A stretch of 64,000 nt of DNA from Podarcis muralis (Eukaryota). The stretch spans positions 30,256,001 through 30,320,000 of the forward strand of contig NC_135668.1 of the NCBI RefSeq assembly GCF_964188315.1, given 5' to 3'. Shown piece after piece: positions 13,101 through 32,962 of this stretch (positions are counted from its first letter, which is position 1; each line of letters begins with the position of its first letter). The translations under genes and the position numbers were made by a program. The notes beneath the pieces were generated by a model, which ran no database searches, had not been told where the DNA came from, and saw only the letters and a program-made list of their open reading frames with translations.

Positions 13101-16100
13101 TGGCGAGGCCCACAGGGATCCGGGCGAGGGTGTGCGTGCCCTCGAATGGCTTCAGCCACCCTAACCGCATGTCCCCTTCTTGTGCCTGTCCCAGAGGCAT
13201 GGCCCAGAGTCCCCTGTCCTCAGTGCACACCTGGACTGCCTCTTGCCTGCTGTCCCCCTCAAGCTCCTGCAGGTGGACACCCAGGCCCTGCTGGGGAGGA
13301 GCAGCTGGCACCGGAAGGCACCTTGGTCCCCACAGCAGGTATGGGAGAAGAGTGCTGGGCAGGGCGATGGGAGGCCAAAGCAAAGGGTGCCGTTTACTCC
13401 CTGTGGTGTCTCCATAGCTCAGGGGTAGAGCATGCAGACAGCCATAGGCATCTCCAGGGGAAGCTGGGAATTGTTCCCTGCCTGAAAGCCTGGAGAGCTG
13501 CTGTCAGTCCATGCTGACAATTCTGACCTAGATGGACCCACAGTCTGGCTTGGCACAAGGCAGCTTCCTAGCTTCTTTTTATGTTCCTCTTTCTCAGGCC
13601 CAGTTCCTTTGGCAGAGCATTGAAGCCAGTGCCAACATGACGGGGGACCTGATCTGGTGAGAGCCATCTCCCCTCCTTCTCTCCTCCTCTGCTAACGGGA
13701 TGTCATGGGTGGCAATGGCTGAACTCTCTCCCCATGGCAGGGGACTGGGACACCTGGCCATGGGACTATCCTGCACCGCTCTGCAGACCTTTGAAGCTGG
13801 GGCAGATTTTCTGGCTGTTCTGGAAGCTCTCTACAGCCAAGACCTCCACCTGCCCTGGAGCCTGGTAAGAAGGCATTGGGGAGAGGCCTACCCTGGATAG
13901 TAGCAGGGAATGGGCTCAGCAGGTACAGAGCAATGGGCCTGGGCACATAATGCCCCCCTCTTCAATTAATGTCAAGCTGTGCCTTTGCTTCCAGAAAGGA
14001 TGCATCTGGGAGGACATCCAGAGGAGACCCAGCCTCTCTACTACGGAGTTGCTGGGGCTGGGACCCCAGTTCCTCATGGACTTGCCGTAGGTGACCTACT
14101 TCCCCACCCTGAGTGCCTGTCCTCCCTCCCACTCAACACACCCGGTTGGGTAGGTGGCGGCAAACCTCTTGTGCTGCCTCCTTGTGACCAAGGATTTGAT
14201 GGGCACCAGACCTCTTGGCTGCATGGAAGCTCCCCCTAGTGGCTAAGAAAGACATCAAAGGTGCTGGGTATGTTTTGGTGAGAGGAGAGAGAGCCATATT
14301 CAAATATCTGCCATGGAAAAGGCTTGCAGCCTTTCTCAATCTGTGGGCCCCAGATGTTGTTGAACTACAACTCCCATAATCCCTAGCTAGCAAGGCCAGA
14401 GCTCAGGGATGATGGGAGTTGTAGTCCAACAACATCTGGGGACCCACAGGTTGAGAACCTGCTGCTAGAGGAACCTATAGGAAGACCTTCCTGAGTCTTC
14501 AGGCTTTTCATCAGTGCAGCAGGCTGCCTCATGGGTTTCCTGCATTGACTGAGGTGGGGGGGCATGTTCCTTTCACCCCCTTGATTCTGTGCTACTGGGC
14601 CAGATCCAGCGCTCCTCCCTGCCTCCCCTGCCTTGCCTGGCCTGCTTCTTGCTGCTGAAGTGAGGTGTTCCTTCTTGGCCAGGACTCACCTGCTGGACAA
14701 GCTTCCTGGCAAGTCCTTCCTGCTGATCTTGGACTATGTAAGGAGCCACCCACACAACCTGCTGGTCTTGCCACCTCCTCGACGGGCCGCCCTCGCCCGG
14801 CACAGTTTGCAGGCACTACTGGTAAGGGGGAGAGGAGCAGCGATCAGTTTTGAGAGCCAGAGTGGCACAGCTGGAACCCAGTGCACCTCTCCACCTCCCC
14901 ACCACCACCACCAACAACAACAACAACTCTGCTGTGGGTTTATTGGTTTGCTTGGGATCTGTGAAATGGGGACAATAGTTATAGTGTGAGGTCCAAAATG
15001 AGCCAATAACCGGAGGCTCACCTGGGACACATTCCATCCTTTCCAGGTGCAGGAGGACCACAGGGAAGGAAATTCCTTGGGGCACTCTCCCCTCCCTCCC
15101 TCTCTCCCTATGTCAAAATGCAACAGTGAGCTCTGATGGAGTGCTGCGTCTTCAGGCACCTGTCCTTGGGCTCAGGGATGGGACAGCAGCAAAGTTACCC
15201 TTCCCAGGCCAAACTCCTTGCAGCACCACCACTCCTGGCTGGGACCAGTGGGAGCCAGCCATCCACCCACCTCCCTCCCCTCTGTATTTCAGCAAAGGTC
15301 CCAAGGGGAGGCAGACATCTCAGTGGAGATATTGAGCTTGCTTGGCCCTTTGGTGGGCTTCCTGGAGCCCGACAACCTGGTCCATGCCAATCCTGCAAAT
15401 CTGCTCCAACACCTGGATGAGCTACGGGAGACCTGCCTCGATAATGGTGTTGCGGAAGTGCTTGGGCAGCTGCTGATGGCAGATGGTGCTTTGGGGTGAG
15501 GAAGGTGCCTTTTTGGACCCTGGCTGAGCTCAAGGCCTTGGCTTCCCTACATGACCACCTCACTGTTTCACCACTACAGGGACCCAGAGCACTGGAGCCA
15601 GGTGGAGCTGGAGCAGCTGGGGCATTTGGTGTTCAGGCTCCCTCCGGAGAGCACCCAGCGAATCCCCCAGGTGAGGCAGGGTGAGGGTCTATCTCCTGTG
15701 CTGGAGTGTCCTTCAGCATTCTGCCTCACTGCCAAATAGCTCTGATTGCAAAGTGTGTCTGTGGTGTGTGTGTTCTCCCCACCCTCATCCCCATCTAGCA
15801 ATCAGCCGCAGACTGCCTCTGGACATGGAGGCTCCACCTAGCCGCCAGGGCTGACCTCCAGTGGCACCCTCACCAGTGGTGGACCTACATTTGGGGGGGG
15901 GGCTGAAGCTTGGAATGTTATGAGGGCCCCTTCACAACCTGGAATGAGGTCTGGGTAACCTCTGTTACCTTCTTCAGTGGGATTGTTCCATGACAGATCA
16001 CTTAAAATTAATAATAATAACTACTACGTCTCAGTTTTTGATTAAAATTACTGCCCTCAATCATCTCACACATTGAAGTCATTGGTGTAAATAAAATTTC

Positions 16101-16422
16101 CCTATGCCTTATCATTTTCAAGTTACTGCAACAGTTCACCTTTACAACATCTGTGTTGTTGACTCTCAAATTTTGGGATCGTTGAATTATATCCAACAAA
16201 AATAACAATCCATTTTAGTTGTGCAAATTGAGTCTACTACACCCAAAATTGTTAAGCCATGTGAACTAAAATCACTTCTGGGGCCCCTCTGGGATTAGTT
16301 AAGTTTCATTAGTTTACAGTAGATCTGCTCTGATCCCCACTCTGGACCTTTGCTCATGCACTGCTTGGCAAGTAGTTCTTTATAAGAATTATCACACATT
16401 GCATATGTAAAATGTGTGTGCG

Positions 16423-16469
<47 letters not shown>

Positions 16470-19469
16470 TTGTCAGACATTGCATGAAAGCACTTCCTAT
16501 TGTCTCATCATCTGATTGCTTGGGGAGGGGGGGTGGGCTGAGGGGGTGAAGTGGGGAGAGGAGCCCCACAGATGGGCTCTGCTGTGTCAGTGTGTCCCTG
16601 CCTCTCTGGCTTGCTTAGCTGTGATTCCTGCATTGCAGGGAGTTGGGCTAGATGATCGCTGAGGTTCCTTCCAATTCTACAGTTCCATAATTCTATGATC
16701 TGCCTCTCCCATCCTGTTCTGCTCCAGGCGGTGCTGAGCAAGGACCTTGTGGAGCAGCTGCTGCAGAGCCAGAAGCTGTGGGAGGAGAGTGAGCAGGGCC
16801 TGCTGTGTGACCCTCAAGGGCCAGCCGGGGGGCTGCAGGCCCAGAAAGAGGCCCTGGTGAGGAGGAGCCTGGAGGGCTCCCAGGAAGGTGAGCTTCTGTC
16901 TGAGGAGGTGCCCCTGAAGCACACTCAGGTCAAGGGGAGGGGTTAGGGACCCTCCCTGTCCCTTTGGGCTAGCTCGTTGCCCACCCCTGCTGGACTCCCT
17001 GTGCAGAACCTGTGCCCAGCTGCTCCGACATCCGGGCCTCTTTCCCCTCGGCCTGGAGCGCCACCCAGATCAGCGCGATGGAGCTGGACCAGTTCCATGA
17101 CTGCCTGAGCCTCATCAGTCAGGACCTCGCCCTCCGTCCGTATCAGCGCCAGGCTGCTCTCAGCAAAGCCAAAGAGGTGAGTTCTCCACCAGACTGTATT
17201 CTGACTCCAGAGGGTCCCATGGCACCGGGGGGCGGGGTATTAGCCAACTCTTACTCAGAGCAGACCCTCCAAGTGTCCCTATTTTCAAGGGACCATCCCA
17301 GATGCACAGAAGCTGTCCCTGTTTATGATTTGACCCCAGAATGTCCTGTTTTTCCTAAAGACGTCCCTATTTTCATTGGAGAAATGTTGGCGGGTACGTC
17401 AGAGTAGGCCCATTGAAATGACTGAACCTAAGTGAGTCTTGTCAATTAACTTTAGTAGGTCCCTTCCAGTGTGTAGGCCAGGCCTTGAAAGCCACCCAGG
17501 GCCTTGGCTGAAGACGGTTCCTGCCATAAATAGCCCACAGACATTTTGGGCCTCCCTCTACCCCAAAGGGGTGGGTGGGGGATTGCCCAGGGGGGCAGCC
17601 TGTCCAGCCTACAGGGAGGCCTTTCATGCAGTTGGACCTTGAAGCCCTCTTGTTCAGGAGTGGGACATCCATGAGCAGGTTTTCCTTTGGGGGGAGGGTG
17701 TCTCCACTGTGTGAAAGAAGGGACGGTGGCTTAGGAGGGTCCCCCTGTGCTTGCAGGTTCTGGGCCCGACCTGGGCAATGGGCGCAGTGGAGATGCTGCA
17801 GTTGGGTTTCCTCGCCCTCCAACTGAGCGAAGAGGAGCTACAGGAGCTGGAGATTCCTGACTGGGGAGCCTTGTCAGTGCTGGGGGGCCTGGAAGGCTGG
17901 ACAGAGAGGCAGGTGAGGGGCGCTTCATTTTCCTGGCTTACCCACTGCATACCTCCCAAGTGTCCCGATTTTCCAGGCAAAGTCCCGGAATTACGAAAGC
18001 CATCCCAGCTTCTGATTTGATCCATGGAGACAACTGTGTCCCTGTGACCAGGTTGAGTTTCAAAGGGAATATGCCACCTTCCATCCCCTTTTGTGATCTC
18101 AGGCCTTCTGAGCCAGCCTGGGCAGAAGCTGCCAGCCAGCCACAACCACGTGGCTTTGCCTGGATGCCTGGCACAGTCCTGATGGGGCCTCCCCATTGTC
18201 TCTCTGCACACCCAGATGCAGGCCGTGGTTGGCAGCCTGCTTGCAAAGCAACACAAGGTGAGCGCGGAAAACCTGGCACTGCTGGACTTGGTGTCTCTCG
18301 GGCACCTCCTATGTGGGCTGCAGGTGGCGGAGATCAGGCAGCTCAACAGCCAGGAATTCAGGTAGGGAGGCTGGAAGGCACAGGGATTGGCAGAGGGCCT
18401 GGGAGCCCTCTAACCTTGGAGGGGTTGCTGCTCCCAGCCTTCTACGGTTGCAGGCAGGACACACGCCAGTTTCCAGTTTCTGTTTTGGTGCAGAGGCCTC
18501 CACCTGCCTCCCTGCACCCCAGCTACAGCCCTCTTCCTTCCCCACAGCAAAGCGGCCTCCTTCCTGGGGTTGCTCCATCTCAGCTGCTCTGAGGAGAAAC
18601 TGGAAGCCCTGGCCTGGCTCCTGGTCACCCCCTCTGCCTTTGGGCCTGTCGCCATGTGGGGCCCAGGGATTTTCACAGAGATTGGGACGCTGGCAGGTCG
18701 GTGGCTGTGTGGTGGAGGGAGTCCTTGCTTCTGTCTTGCTTTCGGGGCAACACACCCTGGGTGGGCACCACCGGCCTCTTTCTCTCCTTCCCAGCGGGGC
18801 TGCCGGACATCGTCCTCTCGTCCCTCGTCCCAGAGCAGCTTCGGGCTCTGACCCCAGAGGCGGTTGCCTTGATCCCCGCCCCCAAATTTGCAGTGAGTGC
18901 CTTGTTGTGCTGGGGGTCTGGGACGGGGAGGGGGAAGCCCGGGACGGGCCTCTCAGCTGGGGCTCTAAATGTGGGCCAGGCAGGGGCTGCCCCTCCAGGG
19001 CTGGGCCCAGCGGAAAGGGGTGGAGCATCATCCCACTTGCGCTGGCAGCTCCTGGTGGGTTCTGCCTCGCCTTTCTCTGCTCCCCTGCAGGTGGTGTTCA
19101 GCCCAGCCCAGCTGCTCAGTCTGACAAGCCCCCAGGCATCGGCCGTGACAGCCCAGCAGTACGGACTCCTCAGCCCTAAGCAAAAATGGGCCCTGGAGCT
19201 GGCGCAGTGCGAAGGGGAGCCCTGCCAGGACCACAGGAGTATGTGCCCACCCCTGCCTTGACCCCTGCATGCCTCACCATGGGCACTGCCCCCTGGCATG
19301 CCACCTCCCAGCGCTGTGCTGCCCCTGGCCCCTCCAGTGAAGCTTTGCTCCTCTTCCTCCTCCTTCCTCCACAGGCAGAAGTGGCTCAGGGCTTCGTCCT
19401 GCTGTTTTGCTGCTGCTTCCGTCTTGCTGCCTCCTTTTGACTTTCGGGGGCCCCCTGGCCTTGCAATAA
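4170..19469 (+). CDS. STRC: Stereocilin, spliced CDS of 28 exons, 5553 nt, about 1850 aa, with signal peptide and GPI-anchor-type C-terminus
   Basis: Exons, all GT-AG with consistent phases: 4170-4227, 4332-5366, 5489-5513, 6147-7443, 8183-8245, 8522-8638, 8856-9022, 9830-10019, 10361-10476, 11187-11319, 11635-11805, 12440-12478, 12928-13095, 13195-13338, 13598-13656, 13741-13864, 13995-14086, 14683-14821, 15293-15495, 15580-15670, 16728-16887, 17007-17176, 17757-17912, 18216-18361, 18548-18696, 18795-18892, 19091-19238, 19375-19469. The start has a strong Kozak context (aacATGG) and encodes [19 protein letters not shown]. Recognised stereocilin motifs include [61 protein letters not shown] and PKFAVVFSP. 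Exon 4 carries 13 N-x-S/T sequons. The C-terminus is RSGSG plus a hydrophobic tail. Confidence 0.95.
14327..14464. mobile_element. Palindromic squamate MITE (actacaactcccat family); related copies near 1385-1490 and 40212-40339
   Basis: Long internal inverted repeat: gatgttgttgaactacaactccca...tgggagttgtagtccaacaacatc. Confidence 0.75.
15874..16332. mobile_element. Degenerate hAT-like non-autonomous element with an AT-rich interior
   Basis: Ends CAGTGGTGGACCTAC / GTAGATCTGCTCTG, with 8-bp flanks accctcac / atccccac (6 of 8 match). Confidence 0.45.
16413..16469. repeat. (TG)4(CG)5(CA)n alternating purine-pyrimidine microsatellite
   Basis: Read directly from the sequence. Confidence 0.95.
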
Positions 19470-19470
19470 A
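19465..19470 (+). terminator. STRC polyadenylation signal overlapping the stop codon
   Basis: CAA-TAA-A gives AATAAA, and GU-rich sequence (tgtcttgtg) follows within about 45 nt. Confidence 0.7.
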
Positions 19471-19857
19471 GCTGCCCCTTTGCACTGATTGACTGGTGCC
19501 TGCGACTGTCTTGTGCCCCCCACCCCCACTGCCTCCAGTACCACGGGGCAGACGAGGCGACCAGTGTGACCACCTGTCTCAGAACTGTCGACACGGACTG
19601 GCAGCATCTCTGCAGGATAATTTTGATTGGGGATTGAACCCTGGGTCTTCTGCATGCTGGGCAGGTGCCTTGGCCCTGTCTGGCCTGGGGCCCCTTCCTC
19701 CCCCCTGCCCTCCAAGTGGTACAAATCTCAGCCAGAGACAGGAGAATGTTACAGCAGCCAGAGTTTTATGGGGTTTGGTGCAGTGCATCGTGTGCCTCCT
19801 GCCCACACAGGACTTCTGCCCACTGGTGTCTGCAAAGAGCCCTGGGCTGGACTGGGC

Positions 19858-27899
<8,042 letters not shown>

Positions 27900-28149
27900 G
27901 GCGACGGCGAGGCCGAGCGAGCAAGCGAGCGAGAGAGCTGAGCAGGCAGGCAGGCAGGCAGGCAGGGAGTGCGCACAGTGAGGCGGGCGGGGACGTGCGG
28001 CGAATGGCAATGGCTCGCGGGGGAGGGGAGCGCGGAGATTACGCCGCTAGCCCAGCCCAGCCTAGCCCGGCTCGACTCAGTCTGGCCGCCCGCCAACCCG
28101 CCCGCTCATCCGATGCGCTGCAGCTACCGTGGCGAGGCTTCTGGCACGC

Positions 28150-28176
28150 TTCAGCACCACCGCAGTGGACAGCGCC
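28150..28176 (+). promoter_or_regulatory. Non-canonical (extended-spacer) RE1/NRSE REST-binding site
   Basis: TTCAGCACC + ACCGCAGT + GGACAGCGCC. Both half-sites match the RE1 consensus exactly, with an 8-nt spacer instead of 2 nt. Confidence 0.65.
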
Positions 28177-30479
28177 TGCAAGCCGGACGCCCGAGCTGCA
28201 GCCCACGCGGCGTGTGTGTCTGTGGAAGTGGGTGGGCTGTGCCCCACCGATCGCCTATGCCTCCACCCCACCCCACGCGGAGCTTGGCTGGCAAGCATAG
28301 TCGGCGCGGAGGATGTCTGGCTGGCACTCTCGGAGGGACAAAGTCCACTCGCAGCGGACCCACCTGAGCTGCGGGAGAGGCAGGTGCGCCTCCCTGCCCA
28401 GCCACGCGCTCCTGCAGACATGGGCTGGGGAGGCTAATACCGGCCAAGTGAGTTCCTAAGGAGGCGGTTTTCCTCCAGGACAGAGGGAGAACCCGATTGA
28501 TTGCTTCGCAGGCCCAGAGCCGCGGAGCTGCTGAGTCTTCTGCAGAGCGGGCGCCAGGAGACTGCGCAGGTGGGCGAGCCGACAGCTGGCTCATGTGTTC
28601 TGGCCAGGCCTTTGCGCTCGCCCCGAGCAGACTGAGGCTGAGCAGGGCTGCTCCGGAGGTTTCCTGTTTCTGCCGGGCTGCCTCCACCCCTCACATACCT
28701 AGTTACAATAAGCCTGCCTAGGCGCGCGGGGTAGGGTGGGGGGAGAGAATGCGCAGGGCCAATGTGCAGGCACAGATCCAGCCCGGGCAACGCACGCTTG
28801 TGCTGCCCGCTCCCCAGGGTGCAGAGCGCCCCCTGGATTCTGCCCTGGCACCCACCTGCCCAGGGCCAGCAGCAGAAGGGGCAGGCGTCGGAGAAGAGCG
28901 CGCGCTACTCTCCACGGCCAACTTTTCTCGGGAAGTGCCACACCACCAGTTGCGCTCTCAGCAGGACCAGCGGAGCGGAGAGATCGAGTATCAGATGGCC
29001 TCAGGATCAGGCCCTGAGGAGGGCAGGCAAGGCGTCTAGTGGACACAAGGGCGCAACGGAGCCGCCTTCCTCCCTGCCTCTTCTCTCTCCTCCCTCAGGG
29101 TCCATGGATTGTGTGGGGCTTCTGGGGTGCCCAAGGTGGGTGGGTACTGCTGCCCGCGGGGAGGACGAGGAAGTCAGCTGCGGGAGAGGAGGGCAATGAA
29201 TCCTGCGGAGAGGCTACCTGTTAGAGTTGGATTATTGGGCAACGGTGTGGAGGGGAATGGTATTATGGGTTGCTAGGCGTAAGGGTGGCTCAATGGGCTG
29301 ACTGGCTCAGGCACGCACCAAACTTTTTTGGGGGAAGGTCGTTCTGCTGACAGCTAAGGTGTGCGCCGGTGTATCCTGAGCTTCTCCCCAGGCTGGGGCT
29401 CCTGCTGCTGCTGCGGCTGCCTCTCTGCCTTTCCTGTCCGTGGCTGGGTCCGGAGGGCAGGATGCAAACGCCTGGTGGCTGTGACTGAGCTGCTCTGGGT
29501 TGCCTGCAGGGCAGGGCCGAGTTCGGGCAGCTCCTCAACCATGGCATCGTTGCCCGGCGCGCAAGAAGCTAGGAAGCTTAGATCTCCCGGCTTGCTGCTT
29601 CCCCCCACGCCCCCGGAGGCTGCTGCGCCGCGTCAGCAGCCGTCTTCTGCCAGGCCAATGTGCCTTCCCTTCCCTTGGGACTTGAGATTCCCAGGGGTGC
29701 TCCTGCCTCAGGTTGGCTCTCCTTCTTTGCCTTCCAGCATTGCGCTTAGAAACAGGTCCTGCGGGTGCCAGGAGTGCGTGTGCTGCCCTGAGGGGTGTGT
29801 GTTAGTAACCAGGCAATGGTGAGAGGAGACGCTGGCTCTGCCTCCCGGGCTGCTGGAGGGAGGGGCACGTGGGGTGTGTGTGTGAGCGGGCGGGGACGCG
29901 ACTGCGGGCTCACCCTGAGCCTGGTGCTTTGATACTGGGATTCCTGTCGTCCTGAGCTCAGCCCTGTTTTCCTCTATACATGTTTGTGCGCGCATGTTTT
30001 GCAGCTGACGCAGCCCCGCGCCCCGTGCGCTTTGGCTGTGCACCCGCGGTCTCCAAAGTAGCGGGGGTGGGTGGGGGGGTTACACCTACTGTTGTCCTGC
30101 CATTTGGGGATTTGTGGGCTTCCCCATCTCCCCTCCCTGGCCAAGGGAGTCCACAAGGCAGCGCAGCTGGGTAGTTCCCCCCTCCCCCACCCCTTGGCAG
30201 AGAGGGAGGAGAGCGCTCCTCCTTACTCTCCCTCCCTTCTCTGGGCTGCAGAATGAACCGCGGGGTCCAGGGCTGGTGGCATCTGCTGGAGAGGGCAGTC
30301 TGGGCGCAGCAGGGACGGAGTCCCTACCAGGATGAAAATGGTCCATGCGACATGCTCTGGGAGAAGACGGGGTGGGCAGGGCAAAGAGAGGCAACTCCAA
30401 AGTGAGGGGCTCCGTGAGGGAGGCGGAATGAGGTGGAGGGTGAGCTGAAGGGAAATTCTGAGAAGGGACCTCATTGATG

Positions 30480-31830
30480 GGTGGGTACATTTATTTATTT
30501 AGCATTATTTATATGCCACTTGATCACCCATAACCTCTAAGTAGTTTACATACTTGTAACATAACATACATTAAGACATTAAGAGCAAGTGAACCCAGAA
30601 TTTAGTAAAATGGAAGTAAAATTAGCATTGACTAAAAGTATACCTAATAAACTAAAATTATGTGTCTGGTTAGGCTTGCCTACATAAACAAGTCTTCAGC
30701 AGGGGCCAAAAATAATGCAGCAAATGCAGCTGACTAATTTCAATGGGCAGGGAGTTCTAATCCACAATGAAGGATTGTTTCCTTGCAAGCAGCATTAGGT
30801 GGCATTTGTACAGTGGACTGGTCCCAAGCTGTTGAGGGCTTTATATACTAATGCATACTTATATGCAATACAGTATACCAATTATAAAACATGTCTCTCC
30901 TGTCTCTACAGCCTCAGTAGGCACTGCAACACTCCAACGGTTTGACTTCACCTCTGAAGGCACACTCTTCCACTGTCTCCCGAGAGACGGATGCCAACAA
31001 TGCTAATTGTAACAGCTTGAATTTGGCCCAGTAACAAATCAGCAGCCAGCACAGATCTCTGAGCAGGGATGTGATATACTGACAGATTCTGACTCCTGTC
31101 AGCATTCACGCTGCAGCATTCTGCACTAACTGCAGTTTCCACACCAAGTGCAAGTGAAGCCTCATGCAGAGTGCATTGCAGTAGTCCAATCTTGAGGCTA
31201 CCAGTCCCCAGACCACTGCAGTCAAAGCTGGGAAGAAGACGGGGACCCAGATTGTGTTGCCACAGACTTAGATGATGCTTCTCCACCATCACAAGCCCTT
31301 CTGTGGGTCTCTCCCATGTGCTGCCATCTGCCCAGCGACTCTCAAGTAACTCCACTCCACCAGTCCCCCTTGCCAGCTTCAGCAGGCTTTTGAGGGTGGG
31401 TCAGCCATGTCCATATGGTAGTTGGAGGAAGGACGCCTTCTCTCATAGGGCCTTTCTTCTGATAAGGGTCCCTTTCAGAGTCTGCTGATAACAGCCACCC
31501 ACGCCTGAGTTCCTTTGGCAGCAAAAAAACTCAGATCTACCAATCGTGCTTGCTGAGTTAATCTTTCCAAAGAACCAGAAGCTGCTGCGGCCGCTACCTG
31601 AAGGAGTGCCTGCCCTTGCTTACCTGTGGCAGGTATGCTTAGGTGATTCCCGTCACGTACTCCTGATGACCTCATTACAACCTTTGGTCTCTGCAGCAAG
31701 TCTCTGGCTGGAGCCGCACCCTGGCAATGTCTCAGCCATAAACTGCCAAGGGGGTGGAGATAAATGTAGCTGGAAGCATTTTGTCTCTCAGTTTCCTCTG
31801 GTTTTCTGTTTGAGGAGCCTCCCAGGAGCA
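30480..31830 (-). mobile_element. Degraded L2 LINE ORF2 fragment
   Basis: The minus strand near 31170-31205 reads LVASRLDYCNAL, a characteristic L2 ORF2 motif. The frame is disrupted by stops and the boundaries are approximate. Confidence 0.7.
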
Positions 31831-31849
31831 TGACTTGCCCTTGGTTTCT

Positions 31850-32056
31850 TTTTAATTTTTTATTAACAATTTCAACATAACAAATTATCAGAACAAATCT
31901 TCTTCACTATTTCGCCGCCTTTTTTCCCTCCCCCTCCCCGAAAAACCCTCCTTCCTCCCCCGCCCCCGACTTCCCTCAGCTCCTCTCTCTGATTTCTCAA
32001 CTCATGTTATTCTCTGCATACTGTAAAATTGTATATATCCTTTTATTATCTGTCTA
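31850..32056 (-). mobile_element. Short 5'-truncated non-LTR (L1-like) insertion with 18-bp TSD
   Basis: GACTTGCCCTTGGTTTCT at 31832-31849 and 32057-32074, a T-rich head (A-tail on the - strand), and a C-rich tract (G-rich on the - strand). Confidence 0.8.
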
Positions 32057-32720
32057 GACTTGCCCTTGGTTTCTGTGGCTTCCCCCACTCTGCTACTTCT
32101 TCCCTTCCAAAGCAGAAAGATGGTGTCTGTCATAAATCAAGCCACAAAGGGCATCCCAGTTAGCTTGGGAAAAGGGCCTGTCCACACTTTTGGGCTTCTG
32201 GGCTTCTGCAGCAAGATGTCACCAATGTGAAAAGCGCCAGAGTCGCAGCAGAAATGGTTTTTCAAAAGCAACACTAGATGCCATTTCCACCTGAGATTAC
32301 AGTGTCCCAGTTGCCACAGAGGTCCACAGACAACACCGCTTGCCTTCATTTCCTGCTGCTCACCTTGGCTACATGTGGCCTGTGGAGGCTTGGTGAGGAT
32401 TTTCAAACCCTGGGATGCTGGTTGTGGGGGACTTGGCCAGGGCAGGGTGCAGGAAAAGAGGCCATGGGGAGCCCAGGAGCCCAAGTCCTGTTTAGCAGCT
32501 ACTCTGCAGTGGTGAGAAATTGCCCAATCTTGAGTAAATAATCACCCATGAGGAAACAGATGATTTTTTTTAATGAAATGTTTTTATTAAACATTTTATT
32601 GGATTTCAAAAGTACATAGAGCATCTCTGACTTCAGTTCCTCCCAATTCCTCCCACCCCCACGAAGAAGCAGATTTGTACACGTTAAGGTACAATCCTGG
32701 CTCTGAATGTCTCCTTGGTA

Positions 32721-32962
32721 CAGTGGTACCTCGGGTTAAGTACTTAATTTGTTCCGTAGGTCCGTTCTTAACCTGAAACTGTTCTTAACCTGAAGCACCA
32801 CTTTAGCTAATGGGGCCTCCTGCTGCCGCCGCACCACCGGAGCACAATTTCTGTTCTCATTCTGAAGCAAAGTTCTTAACCTGAAGCACTATTTCTGGGT
32901 TAGCAGAGTCTGTAACCTGAAGCGTATGTAACCTGAAGCGTATGTAACCGAAGGTACCACTG
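32721..32962. mobile_element. Tigger/pogo-like MITE
   Basis: TA-CAGTGGTACCTCGGGTTA...TAACCGAAGGTACCACTG-TA. Confidence 0.85.

Noticed and set aside
16008-16208. 66-aa minus-strand ORF and a C/D-box-like pattern (ATGATTGA...CTGA)
   Set aside because: It lies inside a probable non-autonomous transposon, has an imperfect C box, no terminal stem, and is antisense to the host intron.
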